Below, one piece after another: positions 25,700-37,958 of a stretch of DNA of 64,000 nucleotides. The translations under genes were made by a program, and so were the position numbers. The number at the start of each line of letters is the position of its first letter. The first letter of the stretch is position 1. Under the pieces are notes generated by a model. It was not told the origin of the DNA. It did not search any database and was given only the letters and a program-made list of their open reading frames with translations. The stretch covers positions 248,001-312,000 of the forward strand of contig CBFDEM010000040.1 of assembly GCA_965603825.1 (NCBI GenBank), read 5' to 3'. This DNA is from Blepharisma stoltei ATCC 30299 (lineage: Eukaryota > Protista > Ciliophora).

Positions 25700-25829
25700 T
25701 TTATATTTTTAAGATATTTTACAGCAAATTTATTTAATTGTTAGCCTAAGCTTGAGTTTTATTTATATTTTGCACTAGCTTTGGCACAATTTCTGATGGA
25801 ATCCCTGGCAACGCTTTTACAAGCTCGCT

Positions 25830-27008
25830 CTATATGAATCTTACAATTTTTTCTTTCTTTGGTAGCCAATCTGGTTTTATGCTTGGCATCGGTTCTTTAA
25901 AATTTTTCTTAATTGCAGCTATTCTGCTTTTTTGATTAAAATTAGAATTATCAGTGGGAGGGATATTTGTGTTTGCAGAGTTTTTCCTCTCAATTCCACT
26001 AGGAGAGCTTTCAGCTGATCTACTTTTCCCAGCAAAATACGCATAGTCTTGAAAATTTGATGAATTTCTCATAGATTTTGGAGTATTTGTTGCCTTTAAA
26101 AGAATTTCCTTATTTCTCTTTGGAGATAGCGGAGGCAGATTAGGATTTGTCCTATTCATATTATTAGCTCTCAAATAATCACCACTTTTAGCTGAGTCTG
26201 TCAAAGAATTCACCAAGCTTTGTAGTTTCTTTTCTTTTTCCAATAAAATTTGTTCCTTCAACTCCAGCATTTTTTCATGTGCAGAATTCCTTAATTCTCT
26301 GTACCACTGAAGAGTCTCCATTTTGCTTTCCAAATCCTTATCATTTAGAATGCTCGAAATATTCGAAAAATCACTAATAGCACTTTTATGCATTTTTTCT
26401 GGGCTAATGTCTTCGCACTCTATTTCTTTAGTTTCATCAACCTTTATGATGGGAATTTTTTTCTTTTTTATAGCTGGCGTATAAACATTGTCAATGACAT
26501 TTTCACTTAATTCTGGCTTTTGGGGACTTTTCTCATATCTTCGAGCTGAAGGGCTTAAGCTGTTGCTTTTTGTGTTGATTTTTTTTTTAAAAATCTGTTC
26601 TGGCTCGATTTTTGGCTGATTTCCTATAAGGAGAGAAGATGATCTCTGTTTTGGCTTTTGAGGTTCAATTTTTTGTACAGAATAGAATGGATATTTCTCT
26701 GTTGGGACAGAACTTTCTTTGAAACCATTAGTATTGTTTCTCTTTATTATTGGCGTTTTTTCTTCCATATCTTGGATTTCTAGTGAAGAGATAAGTTCTT
26801 GTGATGAGCGGATACTTTTGGCAAGTTCTTGTTGCTTAAGTAGTTCTTCGCGTTTTTTTTGCAGCTCAAGCTTGGCTTGGCTGAGATATTCCTCGAAACT
26901 TGGGTCAATGCTGCCTTGCTCCTCGGCTTCTTGTAAATAGCCATTTATTGTTTCTTCTTGTTTTTCAATTTCTAATAAGAGCTGCTCAAAGGTGGCTTTG
27001 GACTCCAT
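25830..27008 (-). CDS. Hypothetical coiled-coil / low-complexity protein (392 aa)
   Basis: Long open frame that is E/K/Q/S-rich. No recognisable domain. Confidence 0.75.
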   Translation of the reverse strand: MESKATFEQLLLEIEKQEETINGYLQEAEEQGSIDPSFEEYLSQAKLELQKKREELLKQQELAKSIRSSQELISSLEIQDMEEKTPIIKRNNTNGFKESSVPTEKYPFYSVQKIEPQKPKQRSSSLLIGNQPKIEPEQIFKKKINTKSNSLSPSARRYEKSPQKPELSENVIDNVYTPAIKKKKIPIIKVDETKEIECEDISPEKMHKSAISDFSNISSILNDKDLESKMETLQWYRELRNSAHEKMLELKEQILLEKEKKLQSLVNSLTDSAKSGDYLRANNMNRTNPNLPPLSPKRNKEILLKATNTPKSMRNSSNFQDYAYFAGKSRSAESSPSGIERKNSANTNIPPTDNSNFNQKSRIAAIKKNFKEPMPSIKPDWLPKKEKIVRFI

Positions 27009-27212
27009 GTTATAATTAATTTTTCTTATGATGGCTATTATGCTATGGGCTTTTTAGTGAGATAGCTATGCTTTCTAGGATAGCAATAATCAGAGACTCA
27101 TTGTACACTCTTAAAAACGTCTCAATTATTAGCATAATTTCTAATATTTTATATAAATACTGCCAAATAGAAAAGAAAACATATGCTATATAAATCATCA
27201 TTTTTTAGATTT

Positions 27213-28316
27213 TTAATGATTTGCGTTTCTCAGATGTCTATCATGGCGCTGCAAATTCTCTAAAGCTTCTTTTGCAGCCTGCGCTTCCTCAACTTGCCCG
27301 AGCCTTAGCGTTCTTATATCTTCTCTTACCTCTGAGTCACTTGGCAGAATGATATCATAGCTGATTTTATATGGTGTAACATACCTTGGATCCCAATACC
27401 TTTTGCCATCAATTTCTATATGTCCACAATAAGTACCGCTTATTTCACATATCTTATTCCTATCCATATCAGTGATTTCTCCAGTGATATGGTCGCTTGG
27501 CAAGGTTTTATCTGCTCCAAACTCGATCCTTGCTTTGAAATAACTCAAATTGTCACTAAATTCTATAACTCCTAAACTTTCATGCCTCACAGCTCCAAAA
27601 AACGTCCCAGAGAATGTTTCAATCGGCAAGTTTTGACTGACAACATACCCGTCTGGAAATTGGAAATATTTTTTCCCATAATTTGTAATCTAAATATATT
27701 TTACTGTCACTGAATTCAAGCCTGCACTAGCTGTATAATTGTAATTGCCATGACATATATAACTTTTATTTGGACCTTCTATATAAAAGTGAGAAACGGG
27801 AGGATGGTGGCTAGTTTGTTCTGCCCAGATCTCTCCGCCGTCCTCTAGCTTCCCATGTAAAGTCTCTCCTAAAATAGGATTGAGAGGTTTTTCAAAAGTC
27901 GATGTATAAAGATAAGAAGAAATACTGCAAGCAATCACCAATTTAAACCTTTCCAAGTGGTCAGGGATAGAGGCAGCTTTATTCATGTATAAAGGACACA
28001 TAAGTAAACCTTTTACTGTATTGTGTAGAGCTGTGTTGGCTTGCATGCATTTAATTGGAAAAGAGATTGTGGTCAAGTTTAGGTTACCGCTGAGGATTCT
28101 TCTGCCAATCTCTTTGACTATTTCTTTTCCGATGCTTCGCATTTTAGACACTGTTGCTTGATTGAGTAAGGCGATTCCTCCATATGCGTATGCATTTTCT
28201 ACCCTATAGTCATCAGAACTTTCAACGGGTTTTCAATTAATAGCATCTTCGATTATTTGGCTCTCAGATCTTATGGTGCTTTCAGCAGGCTCTTTTTGCT
28301 CCTCTTGGTTTTCCAT
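27213..28316 (-). CDS. Short oxysterol-binding protein (ORD-only); complement(join(27213..27689,27705..28316)), 362 aa
   Basis: KPLNPILGET, EQTSHHPPVSHF (OSBP signature), LPSDS and AKEALENLQRHDR. One TGA and one 15-nt intron link the ORFs. Confidence 0.92.
27690..27704 (-). other. 15-nt spliceosomal intron
   Basis: On the minus strand gtaaaatatatttag, with A at position 10. Removal eliminates an in-frame TAG. Confidence 0.88.
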
Positions 28317-29347
28317 TTCATATTTCCAGAAAAATCAGTAAATCAGGAGATTTTAATTCGAAATTACTTTAAAAAAAGTAAATGCAATTAATTGGGCCGA
28401 ATTACGAATTTATATGTGGCAAAGCAGCAACTAATTATAATTAAAATTTTTAGCGAGCATTATCTTCCAATATAAACATTAAATTTATAAATCTGATGCC
28501 AGTCTCAATTGAAACTAATGATTCATATTTCAATTATATATAAACTTGTTTAAGCAGCGAACTATTTAAAATTAATTTAAATTAGCATATTGATCGTATT
28601 TTAAACTCTGAGAAAATTAATTATCATAAAAGTAACAATTTACCAATAACTTATATTTATTAGACAAAGCTAATTTTAATGTTTCAATTTAATTATAAAA
28701 TTCTAAAGGAAGCAAGATTTATGATTGCAGCTCCTGTAATTTAAGGAAAAAAGTGGAGTTCTACTAAATGAAATGCTGTTAACAAATAAATTTGTTCTTT
28801 AAGCATTTATCAAAAGGTAAACTTTTATCAAATGCTCATCTATATCTAATAAGTCATAAAGAAAGATATACTTTTCGCCCTAAAAGCGAACAAGTTTTTT
28901 GCTTACTTAAATTTTCGATCGAAGTTTAAGTAGTCTTGGAGTGCACAGTATCGCACTTGACATTTTCCGATCATGATCAAAGCAACTTCACCATTTTAAA
29001 AAATCCAACAATAAAAAGCCACAAATAAAACCTCTCATTTAATTCCTTTGATTATTGGCTTTTTTCCCTTTCTATATATTTTTACCTATGCCAAGGCAGA
29101 CATTAGCTTTTAGAAATGTATTTATTTCATCTTCACTACAAAACAATACAAATTTTTTAATGTAATTTATTATATAAATTTATTATCATAATTCCAGATT
29201 TTTTAAATAATACTCAATTCCTAATTTTCACATTCAAAACATCTATTTTCCCCAAAAATTCATAATTATTAGCTGCTTTTTTATTTTAAAAATTCATTTT
29301 TATATAACCTTAATCTTAATTTATTGGCATATACTTAATAAAATTAA

Positions 29348-29857
29348 ATGGCAGGAAGAGCAGCACCAAGTTCAAAGGCTTTCAATCCTAAACAATACGA
29401 GCGTCCAGGCCTCACTGAAGATGAAATCGAAGAAATAAAAGAAGCCTTCGACTTATTCGACACTGATGGATCTGGGACCATCGACCCTAGAGAATTAACC
29501 TCTGCCATGCAATCCCTTGGCTTCGAAGCCAAGAACCAAACCATTTACCAAATGGTCAGTGATTTAGACAAAGACGGCTCAGGAGCTATTGACTTCGACG
29601 AGTTTCTTGACATGATGACTGCAAGAATGAGCGATAAGGACACCAGAGAAGATATCCAAAAGGTCTTCAGACTTTTCGATGACGATAAAACTGGAACCAT
29701 CAGCATAAAAAACCTTAGAAGAGTCGCCAAAGAACTTGGAGAAACAATGACTGATGAAGAGCTGCTTGAAATGATTGAGAGAGCTGATAGTGATGGAGAT
29801 GGACAAGTCTCTTTTGAAGACTTCTACAACATCATGACCAAGAAAGCTTTCCCTTAA
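29348..29857 (+). CDS. Centrin (EF-hand; resembles alveolate ICL1e/centrin-2-type)
   Basis: [39 protein letters not shown] and [19 protein letters not shown]. Confidence 0.95.
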   Translation: MAGRAAPSSKAFNPKQYERPGLTEDEIEEIKEAFDLFDTDGSGTIDPRELTSAMQSLGFEAKNQTIYQMVSDLDKDGSGAIDFDEFLDMMTARMSDKDTREDIQKVFRLFDDDKTGTISIKNLRRVAKELGETMTDEELLEMIERADSDGDGQVSFEDFYNIMTKKAFP

Positions 29858-30429
29858 TTTAAACATTGAGTACTAAGTTAAATTGGAGCTGAATAATTAA
29901 TAGGTAAGAAACGAATTAATATAATGCTTGCCTCTGGGCGTTATGAACTTAATTCTAGATAATAAGTAAACAAAGCAAAGAGCAAACCAATTTTTCCTGG
30001 TTGTAGGCAGCGTTCAAGATTAAAAGTAATTAATGTGAGGAGTGTTTGTAATAATTTGTTCGACGTGGCGAATTTATAGTAAAATTAATGCTAAAATGGA
30101 AAAAAATCAATACTTACCCATATCTTAAACTGAATTATTACACTAATTCAGCTTTACGAGAAAGTATCGCTACTAATTTATTAATTTATTCAGCAAAAAC
30201 AAATTGCAGAAAAATTTTGTTTACGAATATTCTTTTAGATTAAATAACTTACATTTGATCTATTATGACCATTGCAGCTTAAAAGTGCTCTATCGTAAAA
30301 TTATGATATTTATGTCCCAAAAACTCTCGTTCTATTTATTTTTCTCCTTATTCATTATCTATCTAATTCATCATCACCTATGATTAAAAAGTTTTAATAT
30401 GGAAAACAAATCATAATTTTAATTCTAAC

Positions 30430-31596
30430 ATGCACAGTGATTTCTAATCAGAGTATAGGCTCGTCTCTAAAAAAGGTGAAGGAACCTTCAGCGAAGTCCT
30501 CAAAGCCCAAAGTATCAAAACTGGAAAATATGTCGCAATAAAATGCATGAAAAATCATTTTACTTCCCTTGATCAAGTTAATAATTTACGCGAAATCCAA
30601 GCTTTGAGGAGACTTTCACCTCATCCTCATATAGTGAAATTGCTTGAAATTATCTAGTATCCTTTATATAGCGATGAGCCAACAGGCCGTCTTGCATTGG
30701 TTTTTGAATTAATGGAGCTTAACCTCTATGAGTGGTATTGCTCATTGAAAATTCCTCCAAATGAGCAAAAAATAAAGCGCTACATGTATCAGCTACTTCT
30801 CTCTATTGACCATTGCCACAGTAATGGGATTTTTCACAGAGATATTAAGCCAGAAAATGTGCTTTTATTTGAAGAAAGCTTAAAATTAGCTGACTTTGGG
30901 TCTTGTCGAGGGATAAACTCAACGCAGCCTTATACAGAATATATTTCGACGAGATGGTATAGACCTCCTGAATGTTTATTAACTGACGGTTATTATAATT
31001 TCGCGATGGATATTTGGGGAGTTGGCTGCATCTTTTTTGAAGCCTTAGCGCTTTCACCACTGTTTCCAGGGAAAAATGAGCTGGACCAAGTAAAAAAGAT
31101 CCATAAGGTACTTGGAACTCCTCCACAAGAAATTTTGGATGATTTTAAATCAAAAGCTACGCATATGGATTTTAATTTCAAACAGGTGGAAGGCTCTGGA
31201 ATTGAAAAACTGATTCCACATGTGTCCTCACAAGCAGTTTCGCTGATTAAAGCTATGCTTACTTATCAATGGCAAGACAGAATTACACCAAACCAAGCTT
31301 TAAAACACCCATACTTCAGTGATGTGAAGCCTGAAGGGAAAGTTATGAGATTTTTCCCAATTCCTCAAGGACTAACTGCTAGTGAAGGAGACAGCGCGGC
31401 TGGGACATCAATTTCTAAAGATCCTATGTTTCCCCCTATAGAAAAGAAAAAATCTCAAAATAATTCCAAAGTTATTGAGAAATATGGAAATAAGAAAAAA
31501 TCAATAACTTTGGACCGAAAATCACCTTTACTCGTAAAACCAACGGGATATAAATCTCCATATGGCGGGAAAAATTTTTATAAATCTTATTATTAG
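30430..31596 (+). CDS. MOK: MOK/RAGE/LF4 (long flagella 4)-type CMGC kinase; join(30430..30436,30452..30656,30672..31596), 378 aa
   Basis: The spliced N-terminus is MHKYRLVSKKGEGTFSEVLKA. Also EIIYDEPTGRLALVFELM, HRDIKPEN and PYTEYISTRWYR (TEY loop). Confidence 0.92.
30437..30451 (+). other. 15-nt spliceosomal intron
   Basis: gtgatttctaatcag with A at position 10. Removal yields MHKYRL and eliminates a TAA. Confidence 0.9.
30657..30671 (+). other. 15-nt spliceosomal intron
   Basis: gtatcctttatatag with A at position 10. Removal yields IYDEP and eliminates a TAG. Confidence 0.9.
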
Positions 31597-32270
31597 ATGT
31601 AAACTTAACGATTTAACGATAATTTATGTTATGTATTTTAATATTCTGTGACCTTTGAATTTTGTTAATAATAATTTATCAAAAGAAATTTAGAACGAAG
31701 CATTCTCATTTATTATTCTATTTTTAAAAATAAATAATTATCTTTATTATAGCAGGTAATTTCTATCTAGGCTTTAATCTGCGAATTCATCCTTCAGCAG
31801 ATAACTATTATTGTTAAATGATTCGAAAGGGATTGTCTGTTGATTATCTCCTTAACAAACTCATCGTTAAAATGGCTTCGTAAAATATAGACTTATTTCA
31901 TTAATTATCGAAAAATTGACATGAAAGCATCCTAAGTTTTTCTTAATCCATCACTATTTGCAGAAATTGATACTAAGTATTTCCATAAGCGAACTGATTT
32001 ATAGGCTGATATTTTTATTCTACTAGTGATTTCATAAACCTTCTGGCAATACAAGAACTCCTTAAAAAATAGCAGCATAGAGGTCATAAATTAGTTTAAT
32101 ATATTTTACTATTAATCAAGTTGACTTTAATAATAGGTTTGTCTATTCTCTACTAGAGCATTTTTCTATAAGCAAGATTTTAAGTATTGATATTTTAATA
32201 TTAAAAATGAAATAATAAGGCTGTAGGGGTATCAGAATCCAAAATATCTTATGATAATATAAAATATTTA

Positions 32271-33260
32271 ATGGAGCGAAAGCTTTCTTGCCAAATTCCT
32301 CTTCATCCAAATGCTGACACAAGCTTTTCTTCTTCTCCTTTAAGTGGTTCAAAATTGTAAGACCTACTCAGACTGCAGCGACAAAGCAAGAGAATACAAC
32401 CAAATCCCAGCGAGCTTTCAAAAATGCGCATAATTCAAAGCGATTTGGTTTACATTATTAACCTACCTCCATCAGTTGCCGATGAGACACTTCTTAAAAG
32501 TTATAGGTATTTTGGACAATATGGCAAGATCAAAAAATGTGTTGTAAATAAAGCCAACGCCTACACAAACGGCTCGTCTGGAGTTTCTTATGGTGCTTAC
32601 ATTACTTTTTCTAATGAAGAGGAATCTTCACTTTGCATAAAGGCGTGTGACGAGTTTGTTATTGAAGGAAAACAACTAACAGTGACTTTTGGTACTACAA
32701 AATATTGCACTTACTTTCTAGAAGGGATAGCTTGTCCCAAACCAGAATGCTTATATCTACATAAGCTTGCGCCACAGTCCCAGATGGTTCCGAGGGATTC
32801 AATGGCACAAGTTAAAAATATTCAGCCAAAAAATATTTTATTAGAAAAATTGAAGATTGTTGTAGATCCACCTGATGAAAAGACAGCCTTACCAAGAGCA
32901 AGAGTAACAAGAGATAGATCAATGACAGAAAATTTTACGAAAAAAAATTCCTTTAGACCAAGAATTTTTTCAAGGGATTTTGAAGCTTCACATAGTAGAT
33001 TCAATTTTGTTCAAGAAAAAGAAACAGAAGAAAAGCCTTATGATCTTCTTCCTAAGTCTGTAATAGACTTAATCAAAAAAAATTCCCCTTGTAAAGAAAC
33101 AGTTGAAGTGCTATCAGATCAATATAACGAAATTCTGTCACCATCAAGCCCAGACAAGTGGGCCAATGATATATTACAAGTTGTTGATGTTAAAACTGAC
33201 TTCAGCTTGGACAGTCACGACCAACACATTTATGTCGTAGCTCCAAAAATTAAAGCCTAA
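32271..33260 (+). CDS. NOT4/CNOT4-like RRM + C3H1 zinc-finger protein lacking the RING; join(32271..32356,32372..33260), 324 aa
   Basis: RIIQSDLVYIINLP, YFGQYGKI, GAYITF and FGTTKYCTYFL..CPKPECLYLH match the NOT4 RRM-C3H1 region. Confidence 0.8.
32357..32371 (+). other. 15-nt spliceosomal intron
   Basis: gtaagacctactcag with A at position 10. Removal joins ATG 32271 to the RRM frame and eliminates a TAA. Confidence 0.75.
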
Positions 33261-33495
33261 GTATAGGCACTTAACTTAAATCATTTAAGAAAATATCTTT
33301 TAACTAAAAAATTAAGGAGAAGCTGGAAAGAATAAATAAAGAATTGTCCTAAATAACTTATAAATAAGACATTCTTTTAAGTATTAATTTGAGTTTTTAT
33401 AATAGGCTCATTAAAATTCAAATTTAAAAATAAATAGAAAATTAAATTATCTTCTTATCTTCATACGAATATAAAGTATATTAACATAATAATTA

Positions 33496-34553
33496 ATGGA
33501 TAAATAGCCAATATATAATAAATGGGCTTTAGAGGCAAACTTTCAAGTCTTCAGCTCTTTATATATTCTTTACCGGTACAGGATTGGTTTGTATTTTAGG
33601 TTTTATTGGGCTAAATATCAGCTTTTACCATGCAAAAATTGAGCAACAGCAGCTAGCTGAGTAATAGTTCCAATCCTTCATCAAGACATTCAATAAAAAT
33701 TATGAAACCAATGATGAATATCAACACCGCCTCCAAATTTTTACAGAAAATTCTTCTTTAGTCCGTCTTCACAATTCTCAAAATAACAACTGGCTCCTCG
33801 GGATTAACCAATTTTCTGATCTTACCTCAGAAGAATTTCTTCTCTTTTCGATAGACACATTGGAGTGTCGTCTAAAAATTATAAAGATATGATTTAACTG
33901 AAAGTATACCTGCTCAGGTAGATTGGAGAACTAAAGGAGCGATAACTCCAGTTAAAAACCAGTGACTTTGTTGGAGTTGCTGGGCTTTTACTGTAACTGG
34001 AGCAGTAGAAAGTGCTTGATTTTTAGCTGGGCATGATTTGGTTCCTCTAAGTGAACAAGAGCTTGCTGACTGCTCTTGGTCATATGGAAACACAGGCTGC
34101 GATGGTGGAGAAAATGACTATGGCTTCCAATTTGTGGTAGACCACGGACTCACTACAGGAAAGAACTACCCATACTTAGCTAAAGACGGAGAGTGCAGCT
34201 GGGAAAAAGGTTCACAAGTTTCAGCATCCATTTCTTCATATGTAGACGTAACCCCTAATAACTCAACTGCTCTTCTTATAGCTATTAGCAAGCAGCCTGT
34301 GGCTGTTGCAGTCCAGGCTAATCAAGATGCATTCAGGTTTTATACTGGCGGGATAATTGATAAACACTGTGGAACAAACCTAACTCACGCAGTCCTCGCT
34401 ATAGGCTACAATACAGCCACTCCTATTCCTTATTACATCATAAAAAATACCTTTAGCTCTTTATGGGGTGAAAAAGGATACGCTAGAATTGCTATTACAG
34501 AAGGTGAAGGCGTTTGTGGGATTCAAAAATTGCCTTCATACCCTATAGTCTAA
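33496..34553 (+). pseudogene. Decayed papain-family (cathepsin L-like) protease paralog
   Basis: The I29 prodomain (HRLQIFTEN..INQFSDLT) and mature domain (VDWRTKGAITPVKNQ) are recognisable. However, there are in-frame TAA TAG at 33662-33667, a frameshift at about 33840-33900 and a broken start region. QGxCGSCW has become Q-W-L-C-W-SCW, and NSWG has become NTFS. Confidence 0.8.
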
Positions 34554-34568
34554 TAGATATTTTTAAAT

Positions 34569-35876
34569 ATGGGAAATCGTGCTCCTATGCCTGTGCCGAA
34601 TAAGAAACTCGGCGTTCCTATAGCTTCACACGTAACTTCTAACCTGACGTATCCAATAAACCAACGAGGATCCATTTTAAATGTTTTTATTATCTTTCCA
34701 GATGCAAGCAGCTCTTCAGAGTACTCACAGCTTTTTCACATAATCACAGTGAGTCCGAGAAATATTGATATGTTCTGTCTACTTACTGGGGATATCAGAA
34801 GCCCTAGATACACACCTGCGCATGGAACTCTTATTATCTCAGCTGTACATTGTAAAGAAAGCTTACTGGGGAATGTTATTGTGGTTGGAGAAAGTGATAG
34901 GGTATTTAAAGTGATTGATTCTTACTCTCTGAGGAGCATTTCACAGTTCAGTGCTCCTGGGGCAAGCAAAATTAGTATTATGATTTCCCCTGTGCCAGAT
35001 TTATTGTATGCAGGGTTTCATGATGGCTATGTCCGGGTATGGCATCTTGCTGCCCAAGAGCCTCAGTTGGAAATTAAAGAAGAAGGCATAATTCCAGGAG
35101 TAAGAGCACTAGCATACTCAAATAAGCATAGATTTATTTTATCAGGCCACGATAACACTTATCAAGCTGCCGATGGCAGCCAAGCAAAGCTTGATCCAAA
35201 TCCGTTGAGAATTTATTATATGAATGCTTTAGCTCAAGTTTTTGAGCCAATTTTACTGGAAGGATTCACTGGGAGCTGCTTGTCTGTATCTCTTGTAGAA
35301 TCAAAGAATTTTGCTATAGCATTGAGTTCACAAGAAAGCCAAGTTCATATATGGGATTATTTGACTTGCTATAAAGTCCTCAGTTTCAGTGTCCCAAGCA
35401 CAGGGGTGACACCTGAACTTTCATGTAAAATCTTCAGCTTGGCTTTGTCAGATGAAAGTGACTGTTTGTTGATTGGAAAAAGTGATGGGTCAATTTTGGC
35501 TAGCACGCTTAGCTTGTCACTGGAAAGTTTGTCTGTGACTTGGGCACCACAACAAAGAATTATGCCAAAGCTTCAAGAAAGAGTAGCTGATGGGATTGAA
35601 GTGATAACATTTATTGACTACATTCCTCGAATAGACGCAGTGATAGCAGGCAATGCCTCCTCAAGTGCCATGATAATTTCAAATTTCTTCGGTGACTGCT
35701 TAGGCTTAGATCTCAAAGATGAGCAGCCCAAAGCTATAAAAACAACAGACAGCACAGAAGAAAGCATTGATCTCAAGCCCGGGGCCGAATTAGAAATGTC
35801 TTCAAAAGAAAAGCTCTACGAAGAGGAACGACAAAGAATCTGGAAAGCTTTAAACGAAGAAACCAAAACTACTTAG
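34569..35876 (+). CDS. WD40/beta-propeller-like protein
   Basis: LYAGFHDGYVRVWHL, VHIWDY and LLIGKSDGSI are WD40-like blades. Gly2 is present. Confidence 0.7.
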   Translation: MGNRAPMPVPNKKLGVPIASHVTSNLTYPINQRGSILNVFIIFPDASSSSEYSQLFHIITVSPRNIDMFCLLTGDIRSPRYTPAHGTLIISAVHCKESLLGNVIVVGESDRVFKVIDSYSLRSISQFSAPGASKISIMISPVPDLLYAGFHDGYVRVWHLAAQEPQLEIKEEGIIPGVRALAYSNKHRFILSGHDNTYQAADGSQAKLDPNPLRIYYMNALAQVFEPILLEGFTGSCLSVSLVESKNFAIALSSQESQVHIWDYLTCYKVLSFSVPSTGVTPELSCKIFSLALSDESDCLLIGKSDGSILASTLSLSLESLSVTWAPQQRIMPKLQERVADGIEVITFIDYIPRIDAVIAGNASSSAMIISNFFGDCLGLDLKDEQPKAIKTTDSTEESIDLKPGAELEMSSKEKLYEEERQRIWKALNEETKTT

Positions 35877-35930
35877 CCATGTTGATAATAATTCTCTTCT
35901 ATTTAGTTCTGTTGAAGAAATAAAATTAAG

Positions 35931-36983
35931 ATGGATAACCTTAATTTCAACACCTCCACTAAGAAATCAAAAATTCTTTACTCAGCCCTCGCCATTTTCG
36001 GAGTCGTTTGTGTAGTCTGCACAGTTGCCCTTACCTCTTCCGAAACTCCTTCAGCAGGGCTCCAACAATTCCAACTTGAAGTTGAAGAATTCAACCATTA
36101 CGTTAAAAAATACAACAAGGTTTATTCCACCGTAGAAGAGTATGCTAGACGCTTTAAAGTTTACAGAGACAACTTAGCTTATATCAGAATCCATAACACA
36201 CAGTCGAAAAACTGGGTTTTAAAGGCAAACCAATTCGCTGATATGTCATTTGCTGAATTCAAAAATACTTACTTAGGGACTAAGCCAAGAGGACATTTGC
36301 CTAGATACACTGATGAGGCAGATGATGTAACAATTCCTGATGCAGTCGATTGGAGACAAGTAGGAGCAGTAACTGAGGTTAAGAACCAAGGCGGGTGTGG
36401 AAGCTGTTGGTCGTTTTCAGCTACAGGAGCTATAGAAGGTGCTTGGTTTTTAGCGAAAAATGAATTAGTGAGTTTAAGTGAACAACAACTTGTAGACTGC
36501 TCAAGGTCAAATGGAAATCAAGGATGTGATGGTGGACTTATGGACTATGCCTTTGATTATGTCATTCAAAAAGGCGGACTTACAACAGAACAAAACTATC
36601 CTTACGATGCAAGAGATGGAACTTGCAATAAGGAAAAGGCAGCAACTGTAGCTGCGACTATTTCAGGATATAGAGATGTCACCCCTTATGATAGCAACGC
36701 TTTAATGACAGCACTTGCCCTAGGCCCTGTTTCTGTGGCTGTGCAAGCTGACCAAGCTGCATTTCAGTTTTACTCAACAGGAGTTGTTGATAGTGGCTGT
36801 GGAACAAATTTGGACCATGGAGTTCTTGCTGTAGGCTACAATAAGACTGCTAGCATTCCTTATTACATTGTCAAAAATTCTTGGGGATCAGGATGGGGTG
36901 AAAGCGGATATATCAGACTTGGAGTTAAAGACGGAGAAGGCGTTTGTGGAATTCATATGATGCCATCTTATCCTATAGTTTAA
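35931..36983 (+). CDS. Cathepsin L-like cysteine protease (intact)
   Basis: N-terminal hydrophobic anchor, I29 prodomain (NQFADM), [20 protein letters not shown] and KNSWG. Confidence 0.96.
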   Translation: MDNLNFNTSTKKSKILYSALAIFGVVCVVCTVALTSSETPSAGLQQFQLEVEEFNHYVKKYNKVYSTVEEYARRFKVYRDNLAYIRIHNTQSKNWVLKANQFADMSFAEFKNTYLGTKPRGHLPRYTDEADDVTIPDAVDWRQVGAVTEVKNQGGCGSCWSFSATGAIEGAWFLAKNELVSLSEQQLVDCSRSNGNQGCDGGLMDYAFDYVIQKGGLTTEQNYPYDARDGTCNKEKAATVAATISGYRDVTPYDSNALMTALALGPVSVAVQADQAAFQFYSTGVVDSGCGTNLDHGVLAVGYNKTASIPYYIVKNSWGSGWGESGYIRLGVKDGEGVCGIHMMPSYPIV

Positions 36984-37958
36984 TTCTTTTATATCAAAAA
37001 TAAAACATATTAGAGCAACTGTTGGTAAATCACATTTATCCCCGATGAAAATAACAAAAGCTGATTTTTGCCTCAATTTAATATAGAGCTTTAAAATTTT
37101 ATAGTTTATAATATCAGATAAGAAAAATCAATTTAAAAGCCTGTTTTAGTCAACACAATTAGCCAATTGTCAAATCTTCAAGAACCAAAAGCACAATGTT
37201 AATAGCCAAAGATAGAGCTAATGGCCTAGAAAAATTTAGAGCATGCTCATCATATGGTATTCATAATTCTAATTCTCCACTTAACACAACCTATAAAGAA
37301 TGCAATCAACCACATCTCTCTAGCTTATCAAAGAAATTAATAAGAAAACTATGTTGTTTGCTTTAATACTGAAAATATAAAATTTTGAATATTTATACCA
37401 TCTGGATTATGACTCATTCATGATACCTAGGGATGAATTATACTGCTTCAGAAATAGTTTTATCTCTGAAGTTTCATTGAGAATCAGCAACTGGAATTCT
37501 ATTCCATCAATCTGGAAAACTATGCTGAGTCTCATCAGTGGGTTTATTCTACTGTTTTGGGGGATTTAATAAAATTTATATTGCTTTAACCTTATCATTT
37601 CGATAGAAATCGAGTAGCAATATTTTTACTTTTGGATGAAATAAGCAGCTATTGATATATTCAATTAATATAAACTCTTTCTTAATCATCTCTTATATAT
37701 TTGCGGAATATAAAATAAAGATTTTGAAAAATGTAAAGGATATATATAAAAGCGAAATCTGAGATGTCTATACTTGAAATTTTTTATAATCATTTTAATT
37801 CTTATAACTATAAAAATTTTAACTTGGAATCTCTAATTAAATCTTGTTTAGTAACTTATAATTATAATTAAATAATTTTTTATTATTATCTCAAAGAAAA
37901 ACTTATGAAAAAGTGATTTATCATTAATAGCAGTTTTAATTAAATATATCAACCTAAA

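Noticed and set aside
33662-33667. In-frame TAA TAG as evidence for a Condylostoma-type all-stops-ambiguous code
   Set aside because: They occur only in a copy that also has frameshifts. No intact gene has internal TAA/TAG outside introns.
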